Source of the DNA: an uncultured Planctomycetota bacterium
GTDB lineage: Bacteria; Planctomycetota; Planctomycetia; Gemmatales; Gemmataceae
Length of the DNA stretch: 64,000 bases
Assembly (NCBI GenBank): GCA_963849325.1
Contig: CAWKHF010000001.1
Coordinates: forward strand, 288,001-352,000
Direction of reading: 5' to 3'
Shown: positions 42,680-61,489 of the stretch, in pieces
Layout of the letters: each line of letters begins with the position of its first letter
How positions within the stretch are numbered: position 1 is the first letter of the stretch
Notes under the pieces: generated by a model
Told to the model about the DNA's origin: nothing
What the model saw: the letters and a program-made list of their open reading frames with translations, nothing else
Database searches by the model: none
Position numbers and translations under genes: made by a program

Positions 42680-43471
42680 ATGCCAGAAAACGTCTTACCC
42701 CCTGATGCCGCTGCCGCGTTGACGCCGTCGGCGCCGCCGGAGTTGGCCCCCGAGGAACCCACGCCGCCGCCGGCCCCTCCTCCCACGGAGGAGCTGCCGG
42801 AAGCGACGGCCCCCGCCGAACCCGTTTCCGAGGCGCCCGTCGCCGAGGAACCGTCATCGGCCGACGAGGAGACGCAAGCTCCCGCCGAGCCGGAAGCGCC
42901 GCCGGCACCTCCGCCGAGCAACAAACACTGGTACGTCGTCAAGGTGCAGAGCGGCCGCGAGGAGTCGATCAAGGAAGCCATCGAACGCCGCGTCAAGATC
43001 GAGGGGCTCGAAGAGTATTACGGCCAGATCGTCATCCCGGTCGAGCGCGTCACCGAGATGCGCAACGGCAAGCGCGTCCAGAAGGAGCGCAAGCTGTATC
43101 CGGGCTATTTGATGGTCGAGGTGGAATACAACGACCGAATTCTCTATCTATTTCGAGAGACCTCCGGCGTCGGCGATTTCGTCGGCGGCTCGGTCAATCG
43201 AGCGCCGCCGCCGATGTCGGAACGCGAAATCGAGCGGATGCTGCACGGGCAGCAGAAGGGCGGCGAAAAGGCCGAGGAAGGCAAGGTCGTTTACACCAAG
43301 CCGCGCTTCGGCATCGGCGACCGCGTCAAGGTCACCGACGGCACCTTCGCCGGCATGGAAGGCGAGGTCAAGGAGTTGCACGAGCAGAAAGGCAGCGTGA
43401 GCGTGGAGCTGACGATCTTCGGCCGGCCCGTGCAGGTCGAGTTTGAATACTGGCAGGTGGAGCAAGCGTAA
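42680..43471 (+). CDS. nusG: Transcription factor NusG with Pro/Glu-rich N-terminal extension
   Basis: WYVVKVQSGRE, LYPGYLMVE, KOW GDRVKVTDGTFAG, IFGRPVQVE. Confidence 0.96.
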   Translation: MPENVLPPDAAAALTPSAPPELAPEEPTPPPAPPPTEELPEATAPAEPVSEAPVAEEPSSADEETQAPAEPEAPPAPPPSNKHWYVVKVQSGREESIKEAIERRVKIEGLEEYYGQIVIPVERVTEMRNGKRVQKERKLYPGYLMVEVEYNDRILYLFRETSGVGDFVGGSVNRAPPPMSEREIERMLHGQQKGGEKAEEGKVVYTKPRFGIGDRVKVTDGTFAGMEGEVKELHEQKGSVSVELTIFGRPVQVEFEYWQVEQA

Positions 43472-43474
43472 CGG

Positions 43475-43561
43475 AGGGGTCAGGGGTCAGGGGTCAGGGG
43501 TCAGTAAAGACAAGTGATACGCATTTGTTTACTGACCCCTGACCCCTGACCCCTGACCCCT
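43475..43561. repeat. Inverted heptamer tandem repeat (AGGGGTC)4...(GACCCCT)4
   Basis: Four units per arm between nusG and rplK. Confidence 0.92.
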
Positions 43562-43578
43562 GCTAGAAAGGTTGCAGC

Positions 43579-44043
43579 ATGGCGCGACAGGTAACCGCGC
43601 AGATCAAGTTGCAGGTGCCCGGCGGCTCGGCGACGCCCGCGCCGCCGGTCGGCCCCGCACTGGGTCAGCACGGCGTCAACATCGGGCAGTTCGTGTCGCA
43701 GTTCAACGACCGCACCAAGGAGATGCGCGGCATCACCCTGCCCGTGGTGATCACCGTCTACTCCGACCGCAGCTTCGACTTCATCATCAAGAGCCCGCCG
43801 GCGGCGGTGCTGCTCAAGCAGGCGGCCGGCATCCCGCTGGAGAAGAAGAAGGGCGGCGAGGTCATCAACGCCGAGGAGAAGACCAAGGCCAGCGGCAAGT
43901 ACAAGGGCTTCAAGGTGTCGCCCGCCCAGGTGCGCGAAATCGCCAAGAAGAAATTGCAAGACCTCAACGCCCGCGACGTGGACCACGCCATGCGCATCAT
44001 CGAGGGCACGGCCCGCAGCCTGGGCCTGGCCGTCGAGGGGTGA
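43579..44043 (+). CDS. rplK: 50S ribosomal protein L11
   Basis: [36 protein letters not shown]. Confidence 0.97.
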   Translation: MARQVTAQIKLQVPGGSATPAPPVGPALGQHGVNIGQFVSQFNDRTKEMRGITLPVVITVYSDRSFDFIIKSPPAAVLLKQAAGIPLEKKKGGEVINAEEKTKASGKYKGFKVSPAQVREIAKKKLQDLNARDVDHAMRIIEGTARSLGLAVEG

Positions 44044-44051
44044 GTAACGAT

Positions 44052-44096
44052 TGCCGCTTGCGGCTTAACGGACAGCGCGAAGTCGCAAGCGGCAAT
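44052..44096. repeat. REP-like hairpin (GCCGCTTGCGGCT family)
   Basis: TTGCCGCTTGCGGCTT...AAGTCGCAAGCGGCAA; a related degenerate arm sits at the tuf 3' end (about 40735-40772). Confidence 0.65.
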
Positions 44097-44209
44097 TCGT
44101 GTGACGAATCGTTTGGCGAAACACACAAGGATCACCGGCCCGGAATGGACAAAGCCATCCCGGCGGGTGAACCTTTGTTGCTTCGTAGCGTCTAACGAGT
44201 AACACCATC

Positions 44210-45132
44210 ATGGCGAAGAAACCAGCCGAACGCCCGCCGAACCGACGACGGCAGCGGCCGAACCAGCCGCGACGCCCGCCGCCGCGGAGACCAAGAAACC
44301 TCGGGCGCCGCGGACGAAGGAAGCCAAGAGCGCGGCGGCGCCGCGCCGGCTGCCGAGGCGGCCCCCGCCGCCGCGCCGGCGGCCTGCGCCGGCCAGCGCC
44401 AAGAAGAAGGGCCAGCAGCCCGGCCATCCGCCGCGCCGCGGCAAGAAGCTGCGCAACAAGCTCAAGAACGATCAGCAGAAGATCGCCAAGGACGGCCCCG
44501 CTCCGCTCAAGCAGGCCATCGCCCTGCTCAAGCAGATCAAGCGGGCCAAGTTCGACGAGACCGTCGAGATCCACATGTCGCTCGGCATCGACACGACGCA
44601 GAGCGATCAGATGATCCGCGGCAGCGTGCCGCTGCCGCACGGCGTCGGCAAGTCGGTGCGCGTCGCTGGTCTTCTGCCAGGGCGACAACGTCGCCAAGGC
44701 CAAGGAGGCCGGCGCCGACTACGCCGGCAGCGACGAGCTCATCAAGAAGATCCAGGGCGAGGGCTGGCTCGATTTCGACGTGGCCCTGGCCACGCAGGAC
44801 ATGATGGGCCAGGTCAGCCGCCTCGGCAAGGTGCTCGGCCCGCGCGGCCTGATGCCGACGCCCAAGGCCGGCACGGTCATCACGGCCGGCACGACGTGGC
44901 CGCCGTCGTCCGCGAGTTCAAGGCCGGCAAGGTCGAGTACCGCTCCGACAAGGGCGGCAACGTCCACGCCGGCGTCGGCAAGATGAGCTTCGACGACGAC
45001 AAGCTGGCCGCCAACATCACCGCCTTCGTCGAGCAGGTCCGCGCCGCCAAGCCGACCGGCGTCAAGGGCCACTACGTCAAGTCGATCACCCTGGCGGCCA
45101 CCATGACCCCGGGCATCCCGGTCACCATGTGA
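44210..45132 (+). CDS. rplA: 50S ribosomal protein L1 with Ala/Lys/Pro-rich N-terminal extension (frameshifted)
   Basis: [47 protein letters not shown]. Confidence 0.95.
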
Positions 45133-45197
45133 CCCTCGCCGAGCCGCGACCGTCAGGGCGCGGGGCACTCGGCGGGACGACTACGGACTATGGACTT

Positions 45198-45774
45198 ATG
45201 AGCAAAGTCATCAAGCAGATGGAAATGGACGCCCTGCGGCAGCACCTTCGAGGGCGTCCGCGACCTGGTGGTGCTGAGCATCAAGGGCCTGAACTGCCAG
45301 CTCGACGACACGCTGCGCGCGACGCTGCGCAAGAAGAACATCCGCCTGCAAGGTGGTCAAGAACAGCCTGACGCGGCGGGTCTTCGACGAGCATCGGCAT
45401 CCACATCGACGCCGATTCGCCGTACTGGAAAGGGCCGACCACGGTGGCCTGGGGCGCCAACAGCATCGCCGAGCTGAGCCGGGCCATCGACGAGCGAGTT
45501 GAAGAAGTCCAAGACTGCCCCACAGTACAAGGACAAGGTCGCCGTCAAGGGCGCCATCGCCGACGGCCAGCTCGTCAGCTTCGAGCTGGCCCTGAAGATG
45601 CCGACCCGCGAGGAGGCCATCGGCCAGATCCTCGGCGCTATCCTCGGGCCGGGTTCGGCGATCGCCGGCTGCTTGACCGGGCCGATCGCGCAGGTGGCCA
45701 GCCAGATTCAGACGATCAGCGAAAAGAAGGAAGAAGCGGCCGCGGAGGCCGCCCCCGCCCCCGCGGCGGGATGA
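45198..45774 (+). CDS. rplJ: 50S ribosomal protein L10 (frameshifted)
   Basis: LRATLRKK, VVKNSL, LKMPTREEAIGQI; position between rplA and rplL. Confidence 0.9.
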
Positions 45775-45782
45775 AAATGTTC

Positions 45783-45847
45783 GTTTAGCCGCGACGCGCA
45801 GCGGAGCGCGCGACTCTCCCGCGCTCCGCTGCGCGTCGCGGCGAAAC
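45783..45847. repeat. REP doublet family C
   Basis: GTTTAGCCGCGACGCGCAGCGGAGCGCG...CGCGCTCCGCTGCGCGTCGCGGCGAAAC between rplJ and rplL. Confidence 0.9.
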
Positions 45848-45924
45848 CGGATTGACCCACAGGCTATTACGCAAGCCGCTGCTCCGCTTCAAGCAGCAAC
45901 CGCATCAGGAAAGGACCAGACGCA

Positions 45925-46338
45925 ATGGCTGAAGGAAATGGGACCAGCTTCGCCGCCGACATCACGGAGCTGGGCGACAAGATCGCGGCCTTGACCATCA
46001 CCAAGGCCGTCCAGCTCAAAGACTACCTCAAGGAGAAGTACAAGATCGAACCGGCCGCCGGCGGCGTCGTCATGGCCGGTCCCGCCGGTCGCCGCCGGCC
46101 CGGCCGAGAAGCCGCCCGAGCAGACCGAGTTCACGGTCGTCCTCGAAGGACTGGCCGACCCGGCCAAGAAGATCAACGTCATCAAGGTCGTCCGCGAGAT
46201 CACCAACCTCGGCCTCAAGGAGGCCAAGGAGCTGGTCGAGGGCGCCCCAAGCCGGTCAAGGAGAACATCGCCAAGGACGAGGCCAACACCATCAAGAAGA
46301 AACTGGAGGAAGGCGGCGCCAAGGTGAGCTTGAAGTAA
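45925..46338 (+). CDS. rplL: 50S ribosomal protein L7/L12 (frameshifted)
   Basis: [45 protein letters not shown]. Confidence 0.95.
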   Translation: MAEGNGTSFAADITELGDKIAALTITKAVQLKDYLKEKYKIEPAAGGVVMAGPAGRRRPGREAARADRVHGRPRRTGRPGQEDQRHQGRPRDHQPRPQGGQGAGRGRPKPVKENIAKDEANTIKKKLEEGGAKVSLK

Positions 46339-46924
46339 AAATTTTCCGGATCGAAACGACCTGCCGTGTCCAGCGAAAAGCCGGTAAAAACAGGCGAAAA
46401 ATGGGAGGCGCGACCGTCGAGACGGACGCCCCACCCACCTGGGGCCGGTTTTTCCCTTTGCATTTATCGTGCCTTTGTGTTGAAATAGACAGGCTTGCTC
46501 TCCGTATCCTGGAGTTGAGGCGTGGCGACGATCGCTCGGCGGTAGCTCGGATGTCCCGCCGGGCGCGTACGGAAACTGGAATACAGCGTGCCACCAGTCA
46601 GCCTTTCCCCTCGCCCCCGGGTGTTCACGGGCCAGGCCATGTGCCTGGCTATGTTCGCGCGCCATCCGGGTAACGACAGGAGTATCATCAGGAACAGACC
46701 CGTTGGAGGCCCCGCTCCGCGGCGGCAAACAGGGCCGTTCGCCGCCGACCTTCTCGCGGCGCCTCCACCATCGACTCCGGCATCCTGGAACGACCATCCG
46801 CAGACCATCCGACGGCCGGACGCCGAGCCGGCCCGGTGACTCGACGCGGCCCCAAGCGATAGCACCGTGCCCCAGCGGCTCGCGCCTGTCCGTATCCGTT
46901 AGCCTTTTGGGAGGAGCACCCCTT

Positions 46925-50632
<3,708 letters not shown>

Positions 50633-50633
50633 C

Positions 50634-50711
50634 AGTGGTTAATGGCTAGTGGTTAGTGGTTAGTGAAGAAAGCGATCTTCACTAACCACTAACCACTAGC
50701 CACTAACCACT
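50634..50711. repeat. Inverted heptamer tandem repeat (AGTGGTT)n...(AACCACT)n
   Basis: About four units per arm around an AGTGAAGA/TCTTCACT core, between rpoB and rpoC. Confidence 0.9.
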
Positions 50712-50731
50712 ATATTGGGGGAGGGCGGACC

Positions 50732-55115
<4,384 letters not shown>

Positions 55116-55116
<1 letters not shown>

Positions 55117-55188
55117 GTTGTCAGTTGTCAGTGAAGACAGCCCGGTGTACGGTCTTCACTGACAACTGACAACTGACAACTGACAACT
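55116..55188. repeat. Inverted heptamer tandem repeat (AGTTGTC)n...(GACAACT)n
   Basis: Two units on the left and four on the right around AGTGAAGAC/GTCTTCACT. Confidence 0.9.
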
Positions 55189-55206
55189 GCGGACGACAAC
55201 TGAGTC

Positions 55207-55235
55207 TTGACCGATGGCCCGGTTGATACTACCGT
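55207..55235 (+). promoter_or_regulatory. Possible sigma-70 promoter of the str operon
   Basis: TTGACC-N17-TACCGT upstream of rpsL. Confidence 0.45.
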
Positions 55236-55287
55236 AATCTCTTTACGATTTCCTCGGACCTCCGACCTCATCAGGAAAAGGCCGACG

Positions 55288-55663
55288 ATGCCGACGATCA
55301 ACCAGTTAGTCCGCAAGCCGCGCGTGCAGCAGTATCGCCGGCCGAAGCATCCGGCCCTGCACGGCTGTCCGCAGAAAAAGGGCGTCTGCCTGCAGGTCAA
55401 GATCATGACGCCCAAGAAGCCCAACTCGGCGCCTGCGCAAGGTGGCCCGCGTCCGCCTGTCCAACGGCGTCGAGGTGACGGCCTACATTCCGGGCGAGGG
55501 CCACAACCTGCAGGAGCACTCCATCGTGCTGGTGCGCGGCGGCCGCGTCCGCGACCTGCCCGGCGTCCGCTACCACATCATCCGCGGCGTGCTCGACTCG
55601 CAGGGCGTCGCCGACCGCAAGCAGGCGCGCTCCAAGTACGGCGCCAAGCGCGAAGGCAAGTAA
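55288..55663 (+). CDS. rpsL: 30S ribosomal protein S12 (frameshift near 55432)
   Basis: [43 protein letters not shown]. Confidence 0.97.
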
Positions 55664-55735
55664 GGGCGGCCGAGCCGACGACGGCTCGGAAGGAATGGCT
55701 CGCCCTTCATCCCTCATCCTTTCAATGAGGAGTGG

Positions 55736-55976
55736 ATGCACGTGATGATGGACCTGAAAGTGACCCTGGATTTTTCCTGTTGCGGCTGCGAGGAGTGTGT
55801 GACGGTGACGGTGCAATGCAAAGGGGAATACCCGGCGGGCGAAACGCTGCCCGCCGTCAACGTCCCTGCCCCGGCTGCGGCGCCATCAACCAGCTGTCTT
55901 TCGAACCTACGGCACGGTTCGGTCCGTGCGGCCGTGCGTCTGCTATCGGCCACTGCCCGAACCGTCGGTGAACTGA
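55736..55976 (+). CDS. Small putative zinc-ribbon protein (reconstructed across two apparent indels)
   Basis: [27 protein letters not shown]...[26 protein letters not shown]...LPEPSVN*. Confidence 0.55.
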
Positions 55977-56006
55977 GCGACCCGACTATCCGACCGAGAA
56001 TCCATC

Positions 56007-56483
56007 ATGGGCAAACGAACCGCCAGTAAAGAGACCCTCGAACAGAACGTCCGCTACACCGGCCACTCCGAATTGGCCATCAAGTTCATCAACTGCCTCA
56101 TGTGGCAGGGCAAGAAGGCCACCGCCATGCGCATCTTCTACGGCGCCCTGGACCAGATCAAGAAGCGCATGCCCGACGCCGACCCGATCGACGTGTTCAC
56201 CCAGGCGGTCGAGCACGTCAAGCCGAGCGTCGAGGTGCGCTCCAAGCGCGTCGGCGGCGCCACCTACCAGGTGCCGATGCAGGTCAACCGCAAACGGCAG
56301 CAGAGCCTGGCCATCCGCTGGATCATCGACGCCGCCCGCAACAAGTCGGGCCGGCCGATGTTCCTGCGCCTGGCCGACGAGCTGATGGCCGCCTACCGCC
56401 GCGAGGGCGAGGCCATGACCAAGCGCGAAAACACCATCAAGATGGCCGAGTCGAACAAGGCGTTCGCCCACTTCGCCTGGTAA
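56007..56483 (+). CDS. rpsG: 30S ribosomal protein S7
   Basis: [40 protein letters not shown]. Confidence 0.97.
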   Translation: MGKRTASKETLEQNVRYTGHSELAIKFINCLMWQGKKATAMRIFYGALDQIKKRMPDADPIDVFTQAVEHVKPSVEVRSKRVGGATYQVPMQVNRKRQQSLAIRWIIDAARNKSGRPMFLRLADELMAAYRREGEAMTKRENTIKMAESNKAFAHFAW

Positions 56484-56506
56484 CGGTCGGCGCAGTCATC
56501 GACTCT

Positions 56507-56572
56507 GTTTAGCCGCGACGCGCAGCAGAGACGCGGGAGACTCCCGCGCTCCGCTGCGCGTCGCGGTTAAAC
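56507..56572. repeat. REP doublet family C
   Basis: GTTTAGCCGCGACGCGCAGCAGAG...CTCCGCTGCGCGTCGCGGTTAAAC between rpsG and fusA. Confidence 0.85.
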
Positions 56573-56595
56573 CTGCAACCGAAAGCCGACTGCCA

Positions 56596-58713
56596 ATGGC
56601 CGCTCCCAAGCTCGACCTGAGCCAGATCCGCAACCTCGGCATCATCGCCCACATCGACGCCGGCAAGACCACGACCACCGAGCACCTGCTCTACTACGCC
56701 GGCGCCACGCACCAGCTCGGCGGCGTGGACGAGGGCAACACCGACACCGACTACGACGAGGAGGAGCAGGAGCGCGGCATCACCATCTACAGCGCCTGCA
56801 TCCCCTTTCAGTGGCGCGACTGCACCATCAACCTCATCGACACGCCCGGCCACGTCGATTTCACCGCCGAGGTCGAACGCAGCCTGCGCGTCCTCGACGG
56901 CTGCGTCGTCGTCTTCGACGCCCAGAAAGGCGTCGAGGCCCAGTCCGAAACGGTGTGGCGGCAGGCCGACAAGTACCAGGTGCCGCGCCTGGTCTTCATC
57001 AACAAGATGGACGTGGTCGGCGCCAACTTCGCGCAACGCCCTGGAAGCGATCCGCCAGCGCCTGGCCGGCAACCCCGTCGCCGTCAACATCCCCATCGGC
57101 AGCGGCTCGGTCAAGGACAGCGCCACGCCGTTTGCGCGGCATCATCGACCTGATCGAGATGAAGGCCCTGTACTTCGACCCCGCCGACCAGGGCAAGACC
57201 TTCCGCGCCGAGCCGATCCCCGACAAGCTGCGGCCGCTGGCCCAGGAGTGGCGCGAGAAGCTGTTCGACGAGCTGACCGAGCACGACGAACAGGACCAGC
57301 TGACCAGCGCCTACCTCGAAGGCCAAGACATCCCGGCCGAGACGATCCGAGCCGTGCTGCGCGAGCAGACGCTGGCACGCGCTCATCCAGCCGGTGCTGT
57401 GCGGCTCGGGCCGCGAACACATCGGCATCCAGCCGCTGCTGGACGCGGTGACGTGGTACCTGCCCAGCCCGCTCGATCGGCCGCCGGTCATCGGCGTCAA
57501 CCCGAAGAAGAAGGACAAGGAAGAGAAGCGCAAGCCCGACCCGCAAGGAGCCGTTCTGCGGCCTGGTCTTCAAGATCGTCGCCGACGTCAAGGGCGAGCT
57601 GTACTATCGTGCGCATCTACTCCGGCACGCTGAAGGCCAACAGCCGGCCGTACAACCCCGGCCGCGACGGCAAGGAGATGGTCAGCAAGCTCTACCACAC
57701 CCAGGCCGACCCGCGAGCAGCGCACGGACGCTGCCCGAGGCGTATGCCGGCGACATCGTCGCCGTCATCGGCCTGAAGGAGTCGATCACCGGCGATACGC
57801 TGTGCGACATGCAGCACCCGATCCTGCTCGAACGCATCCAGTTCGCCGAGGCGGTCGTCAGCCGGTCCATCGAGCCGGAATCGTCGGCCGACAAGGACAA
57901 GCTGATCGACGGTGCTGAACATGCTGCGGAAGGAAGACCCGACCTTCACCTGGAACACGGACAAGGACACCGGCCAGACGCTGATGAACGGCATGGGCAT
58001 GCTGCACCTGGAGATCAAGCAGCACCGCATGGAGCGCGACTTCCGCCTGAAGGTGCGCGTCGGCAAGCCGCGCGTCAGCTTCCGCGAGACGATCCGCAAC
58101 GCCGATCACCGTGACGGGCGAGTGCATCAAGCACGCCGGCCAGGCCGGCCTGTTCGCCAAGCTGACGGTGGAGTTCGAGCCGTACCGCGGCGAGGAGTCG
58201 ATTGTCGTGGAATCGCGGTTGCCGCCGGACGCGCTGCCGCCGGTGTTCGTGGCGGCGGCCGAGCAGGGCGTCCGCGGCGCCCTCGACTCGGGCGAACTGG
58301 GCTTCCCGGTCATGAACGTCAAGGCGACGATTCGCGGCGGCGAGATGGACGAGCAGCTCTCCAACGAGACGGCTTTCCAGGCGGCCGGCGCCGACGCGGT
58401 CCACAAGGCGATGCGCGACAACATCGTGCTGCTGGAGCCGTGGATGAAGCTGGAGGTGACGGTGCCGGAGGAGTTCCTCGGCCCGGTGACGTCGGACCTC
58501 AACGCTCGCCGAGCCGAGATCAACAAGCTGGAGAACAAGAACGGCATCTGCCTGCTGGAGACGATCGTGCCGCTGGCGAAGATGTTCGACTACGCCGACA
58601 AGGTGCGCAGCCTGAGCCAGGGGCGGGCGTCGTCGTCGATGGAGCCGTACAAGTATCGGCCGGCACCGGATGAGGTGCTGCGAGCGCTGCTGCATCCCGA
58701 GGAGACGTATTGA
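56596..58713 (+). CDS. fusA: Elongation factor G, divergent (many frameshifts)
   Basis: [56 protein letters not shown]. Confidence 0.92.
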
Positions 58714-58732
58714 AGCCCTGTTCCGTAGATAA

Positions 58733-58933
58733 TCAACCCGCCGTGCGTTCGCGGTAGCGTTCCAGTTCCTCGCGATGGATGCGGATGCGCAGGCCGCGCT
58801 GGACGTAGCGCAAATCGCCCTGGCGGATCAGGTCGAGGAGCTGCTTGCGGGACACGTCGAGGTAGTCGGCCGCCTGGGTGAGGGTCCACAGGTCGGGGTT
58901 GGCTTCAGGGAGAGAATCACGGAGATCACGCAT
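58733..58933 (-). CDS. Excisionase-family helix-turn-helix protein
   Basis: WTLTQAADYLDVSRKQLLDLIRQGDL...RIRIHREELERY. Confidence 0.8.
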   Translation of the reverse strand: MRDLRDSLPEANPDLWTLTQAADYLDVSRKQLLDLIRQGDLRYVQRGLRIRIHREELERYRERTAG

Positions 58934-58975
58934 CGTTGTTATCTCAGCGGCTGGGATGCCGAGCCTCCATCCAGG

Positions 58976-59425
58976 TCAATCCTCCTGCGGCACAACTTCC
59001 TCAAGCGACCACGGGCAAGCGGCTGGAAAGGCACCCGCCTCTACTCCCGCTTCCAGGGCAGCTTGCCGGACAGCACGATGGTAGGCTTTGGCCAGGCTCT
59101 CCCGTGCGTAGTTCTCCAGGGTGCGGCTTTCGAGTAAGTCCTGCAGTTGCTGACGCTGATGCAGGATCGTCGCCTGCCAAGAATTGGTCCGCTGCTGGGG
59201 CTGGTGTTCCCATTTGAGGAGGTGGGCCAGCAGGACCGTCAGCCGGTTCAAGACCTCCCGCCTATCGCGCCGCGCCATGTCCGTTAGGTACTCGCTGAGA
59301 TGTTCGGGATCGATCTCGTCGAAGCGCCGCTGGACGACAAGGCAGGCCGTCCACTCGAGCCAGGCCGTCTCATCCTGCTCGTACAAGGAAGGCGCGGCGG
59401 GTGTGGGTTGCTCAGTCATGGACAT
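58976..59425 (-). CDS. DUF29 family protein
   Basis: LYEQDETAW, LTVLLAHLLKWEHQP, SWQATI, FPAACPWSLEEV. Confidence 0.88.
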   Translation of the reverse strand: MSMTEQPTPAAPSLYEQDETAWLEWTACLVVQRRFDEIDPEHLSEYLTDMARRDRREVLNRLTVLLAHLLKWEHQPQQRTNSWQATILHQRQQLQDLLESRTLENYARESLAKAYHRAVRQAALEAGVEAGAFPAACPWSLEEVVPQED

Positions 59426-59612
59426 TTCCCCTCCTGCCGATGCGAGTTCGGTTTCGCGCCGCGACGAACATTTGTTAGCATATCTGCTGCGGAAAGCGTC
59501 GCATAGGTTGGCAGGATGCTCGACGAAGCGTCCTCGTGTCAAAGTCCTCCGTCCTCCTAAAATGACGGAGAAGCCGGCGTGTCTCCGCCAACAACACCGT
59601 GAGTCCTCCCCC

Positions 59613-60638
59613 ATGAAAGCGATTCAGCTCCAGCAACCAGGTCATTTCGAGCCGATTAGCATCGCCGAGCCGAACAAGCCCGGACCCGGCGAAGCGCTGG
59701 TGCGCGTGCATCGCGTCGGCATCTGCGGCACCGACATCAGCGGCTACCTCGGCAAGATGCCCTTCTACAGCTATCCGCGCATCCCCGGCCACGAACTGGG
59801 CGTCGAGGTGGTCGAAGTCGGCGACGGCGTCACCGCGGTCCAGGCGGGCCAGCGCTGCTCGATCGAGCCGTACATGAATTGCCAGAAGTGTTTCGCCTGC
59901 CGCCGCGGCGGCGGCAACTGCTGCGAGGAACTGCAAGTCCTTGGCGTCCACACCGACGGCGGACTGCGGCCGTACTTTCTCGTGCCGGCCCGCAAACTGC
60001 ATCCGTCAAGCAAACTGACGCTCGATCAGCTCGCCCTCGTCGAGACGCTCGGCATCGGCTGCCACGCGGTTGATCGCGGCAAGCCGCAGTCAGGCGAATA
60101 CGCCCTCATCGTCGGCGCCGGGCCGATCGGCCTGTCGGTCCTTGAGTTCGTCAAGTTGACCGGGGCGAAGATCCTCGTGCTCGACCTCAACGAAAAACGC
60201 CTCGATTTCTGCAAGAAACAGATGGGCGTCCAACACACCATCCGTTTCCGGGGCGACGGTTCGGAATTGAAGGAACTGCAGGAAATCACGGAGGGCGCCC
60301 TGGCCTCGGTGGTGTTCGACGCGACCGGCAGTACCAAATCGATGTGCAACGCCTTTAACTATGTCGCCCACACCGGCCGGCTCGTGTTCGTCGGCATCGT
60401 CACCGACGACATTCACTTTCCCGACCCGTTGTTGCATCGCCGCGAGATGACCGTGTTCGCCTCGCGCAACGCCCTGCCGGCGGACTTCCGCCGCATCATC
60501 GGCCTGATCGAAGAAGGACGGATCGACACCCGGCCATGGATCACGCACCGCACGTCGTTCGCCGACCTGATCGGCAACTTCCCGTCGTACACCAAGGCCG
60601 AGACCGGCGTCCTCAAGGCGATGGTCGAGGTCGATTGA
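59613..60638 (+). CDS. Zinc-dependent (sugar/sugar-acid) dehydrogenase
   Basis: GICGTD, PGHELG, CQKCFACRRGGGNCC structural Zn site, GAGPIG. Confidence 0.9.
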   Translation: MKAIQLQQPGHFEPISIAEPNKPGPGEALVRVHRVGICGTDISGYLGKMPFYSYPRIPGHELGVEVVEVGDGVTAVQAGQRCSIEPYMNCQKCFACRRGGGNCCEELQVLGVHTDGGLRPYFLVPARKLHPSSKLTLDQLALVETLGIGCHAVDRGKPQSGEYALIVGAGPIGLSVLEFVKLTGAKILVLDLNEKRLDFCKKQMGVQHTIRFRGDGSELKELQEITEGALASVVFDATGSTKSMCNAFNYVAHTGRLVFVGIVTDDIHFPDPLLHRREMTVFASRNALPADFRRIIGLIEEGRIDTRPWITHRTSFADLIGNFPSYTKAETGVLKAMVEVD

Positions 60639-60656
60639 CCTTCGGGGGGAGCAATC

Positions 60657-61475
60657 ATGATCCGTTCGTGTGTCACGATCAGTCTGGTGCCGGAAGCGCG
60701 GGGCGGGCCATTCGTCTTCTGGGATGGCCTGGCCGCCGGCTGCCGGCAAGCGAAGGAACTGGGCTTCGACGCCATCGAGGTGTTCGCGCCGTCGCCGGCC
60801 GGCGTCGATGCCAACGGGCTGCGGCGACTGCTCGACGAGACCGGCCTGAAGGTGGCCGCCTTCGGTACGGGAGCGGGCTGGTTGTTGCAGCGCCTGACGC
60901 TGACCGCTCCGGAGGCCGGCAAGCGGGCCGCCGCCCGCGAGTTCATCCGCGCCGTCATCGACCTGGCCGGCCAGTTCCATGCTCCGGCCATCATCGGCTC
61001 GATGCAGGGCCGGCACGGCGAGGGCGTGGACCGGACAGCGGCCCTGGGCCATCTCGCCGAGGGGATCAATGACCTCGGCGAGCACGCCGGCAAGTACGGG
61101 GTGCCGCTCCTGTTCGAGCCGCTCAATCGCTACGAAACGAACCTCGTCAACACCATCGAGGACGGAGTTCATCTGCTCAATACGCTGTCCACGAGGAACG
61201 TCAGTCTGCTGGCCGACCTGTTTCACATGAACATTGAGGAGACGGACCCGGCGGCGGCACTGCGGCAGGGCGCGGGACACATCGGCCACGTGCATTTCGT
61301 CGATTCCAACCGCCGCCCGGCAGGGTGCGGGCACACCGACTTCGCGCCCATCGTCCGAGCGCTGCGGGACACCGGCTATCAGGGGTACGTCTCGGCCGAG
61401 GCGCTGCCGTACCCCGACCCGGTCGAGGCGGCACGACGGACGATCGCGGCGTATCGTCAGTATTTCGCGGCGTGA
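60657..61475 (+). CDS. Sugar phosphate isomerase/epimerase (ketose 3-epimerase-like TIM barrel)
   Basis: GFDAIE, FEPLNRYET, DLFHMNIEE, HVHFVDSNR, SAE. Confidence 0.88.
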   Translation: MIRSCVTISLVPEARGGPFVFWDGLAAGCRQAKELGFDAIEVFAPSPAGVDANGLRRLLDETGLKVAAFGTGAGWLLQRLTLTAPEAGKRAAAREFIRAVIDLAGQFHAPAIIGSMQGRHGEGVDRTAALGHLAEGINDLGEHAGKYGVPLLFEPLNRYETNLVNTIEDGVHLLNTLSTRNVSLLADLFHMNIEETDPAAALRQGAGHIGHVHFVDSNRRPAGCGHTDFAPIVRALRDTGYQGYVSAEALPYPDPVEAARRTIAAYRQYFAA

Positions 61476-61489
61476 GGGGGACGACGATC

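Noticed and set aside
58733-58933. Excisionase-like gene as evidence of a prophage or ICE
   Set aside because: No integrase, phage or conjugation genes nearby
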